This document shows positions 35,248 to 35,476 of a stretch of DNA of 35,476 nt, piece by piece. Numbering within the stretch: the stretch's first letter is position 1; the number at the start of each line of letters is the position of its first letter. Source of the DNA: a virus (taxonomy: Duplodnaviria; Caudoviricetes); the IMG/VR virus record IMGVR_UViG_3300037722_000807, positions 1 to 35,476 of that record, one strand, 5' to 3'. The position numbers and the translations under genes are program-made. The notes below the pieces were generated by a model that saw only the letters and a list, made by a program, of their open reading frames with translations, made no database searches and was not told the DNA's origin.

Positions 35248-35476
35248 TTGTTTTCTCCTTTCAAAGAATGGTTAAAAGTTTTTCCCTTCTCCTTTCAATA
35301 AGGGAAATTTTAAGGTTTATTGTTCCTGCTATTTTTAAAGAGATAGGATATTGATTAATTCATTTATTTCATTCTGTTTTGAGGTAATATCTGATTTAAA
35401 CGACGATTGATATATATAGCGGCTTTCGGAAAGTCTAATATTTGTGCTAAGGTTTCCATTTCTACAATTTTCCCCC

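Noticed and set aside
35115-35264. N-terminal 50 aa of the called 392-aa ORF
   Set aside because: The TTG start has no RBS and spans a better-supported 36-aa ORF in another frame
1-35476. Stop-codon reassignment
   Set aside because: TAA, TAG and TGA all end well-supported genes and coding density is high under code 11
1-35476. tRNA, rRNA, integrase or transposase genes
   Set aside because: None recognisable by eye; a tRNAscan/Infernal run would be needed to exclude RNAs in 32280-33850

Overview
AT-rich segment of a tailed dsDNA phage genome (HK97-fold, siphovirus-like), standard genetic code. 1-14006 (-) is a packaging/head/neck/tail-start module: TerS, TerL, HNH-AP2, portal with a MuF-like C-terminal extension, a three-gene fibre-like cassette, prohead protease, major capsid, HNH, decoration protein, head-tail joining genes, start of the major tail protein. 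14077-28628 (+) carries a wHTH replication initiator with internal palindromes, an Hc1/H1-like protein, a C2H2 zinc-finger protein, a glycosyltransferase/methyltransferase cluster, an Ntn (HslV-like) hydrolase and a SLOG protein. 28739-32273 (-) is a convergent accessory operon (DUF1353, SLOG, signal-peptide DUF1524-like nuclease, HNHs, Cys-rich microproteins). It is followed by a non-coding repeat/hairpin tract and an array of RBS-led micro-ORFs. Most notable: five paralogous free-standing HNH endonucleases, two of which sit between a complete gene and a diverged duplicate of one end of that same gene (an N-terminal remnant at 25249-25368, a C-terminal remnant at 21782-21829), suggesting insertion with gene-end replacement. 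Also notable are a candidate antisense RNA over the initiator start and a fibre protein with a 3x6 Trp super-repeat. All family calls come from motif recognition; no database searches were run.
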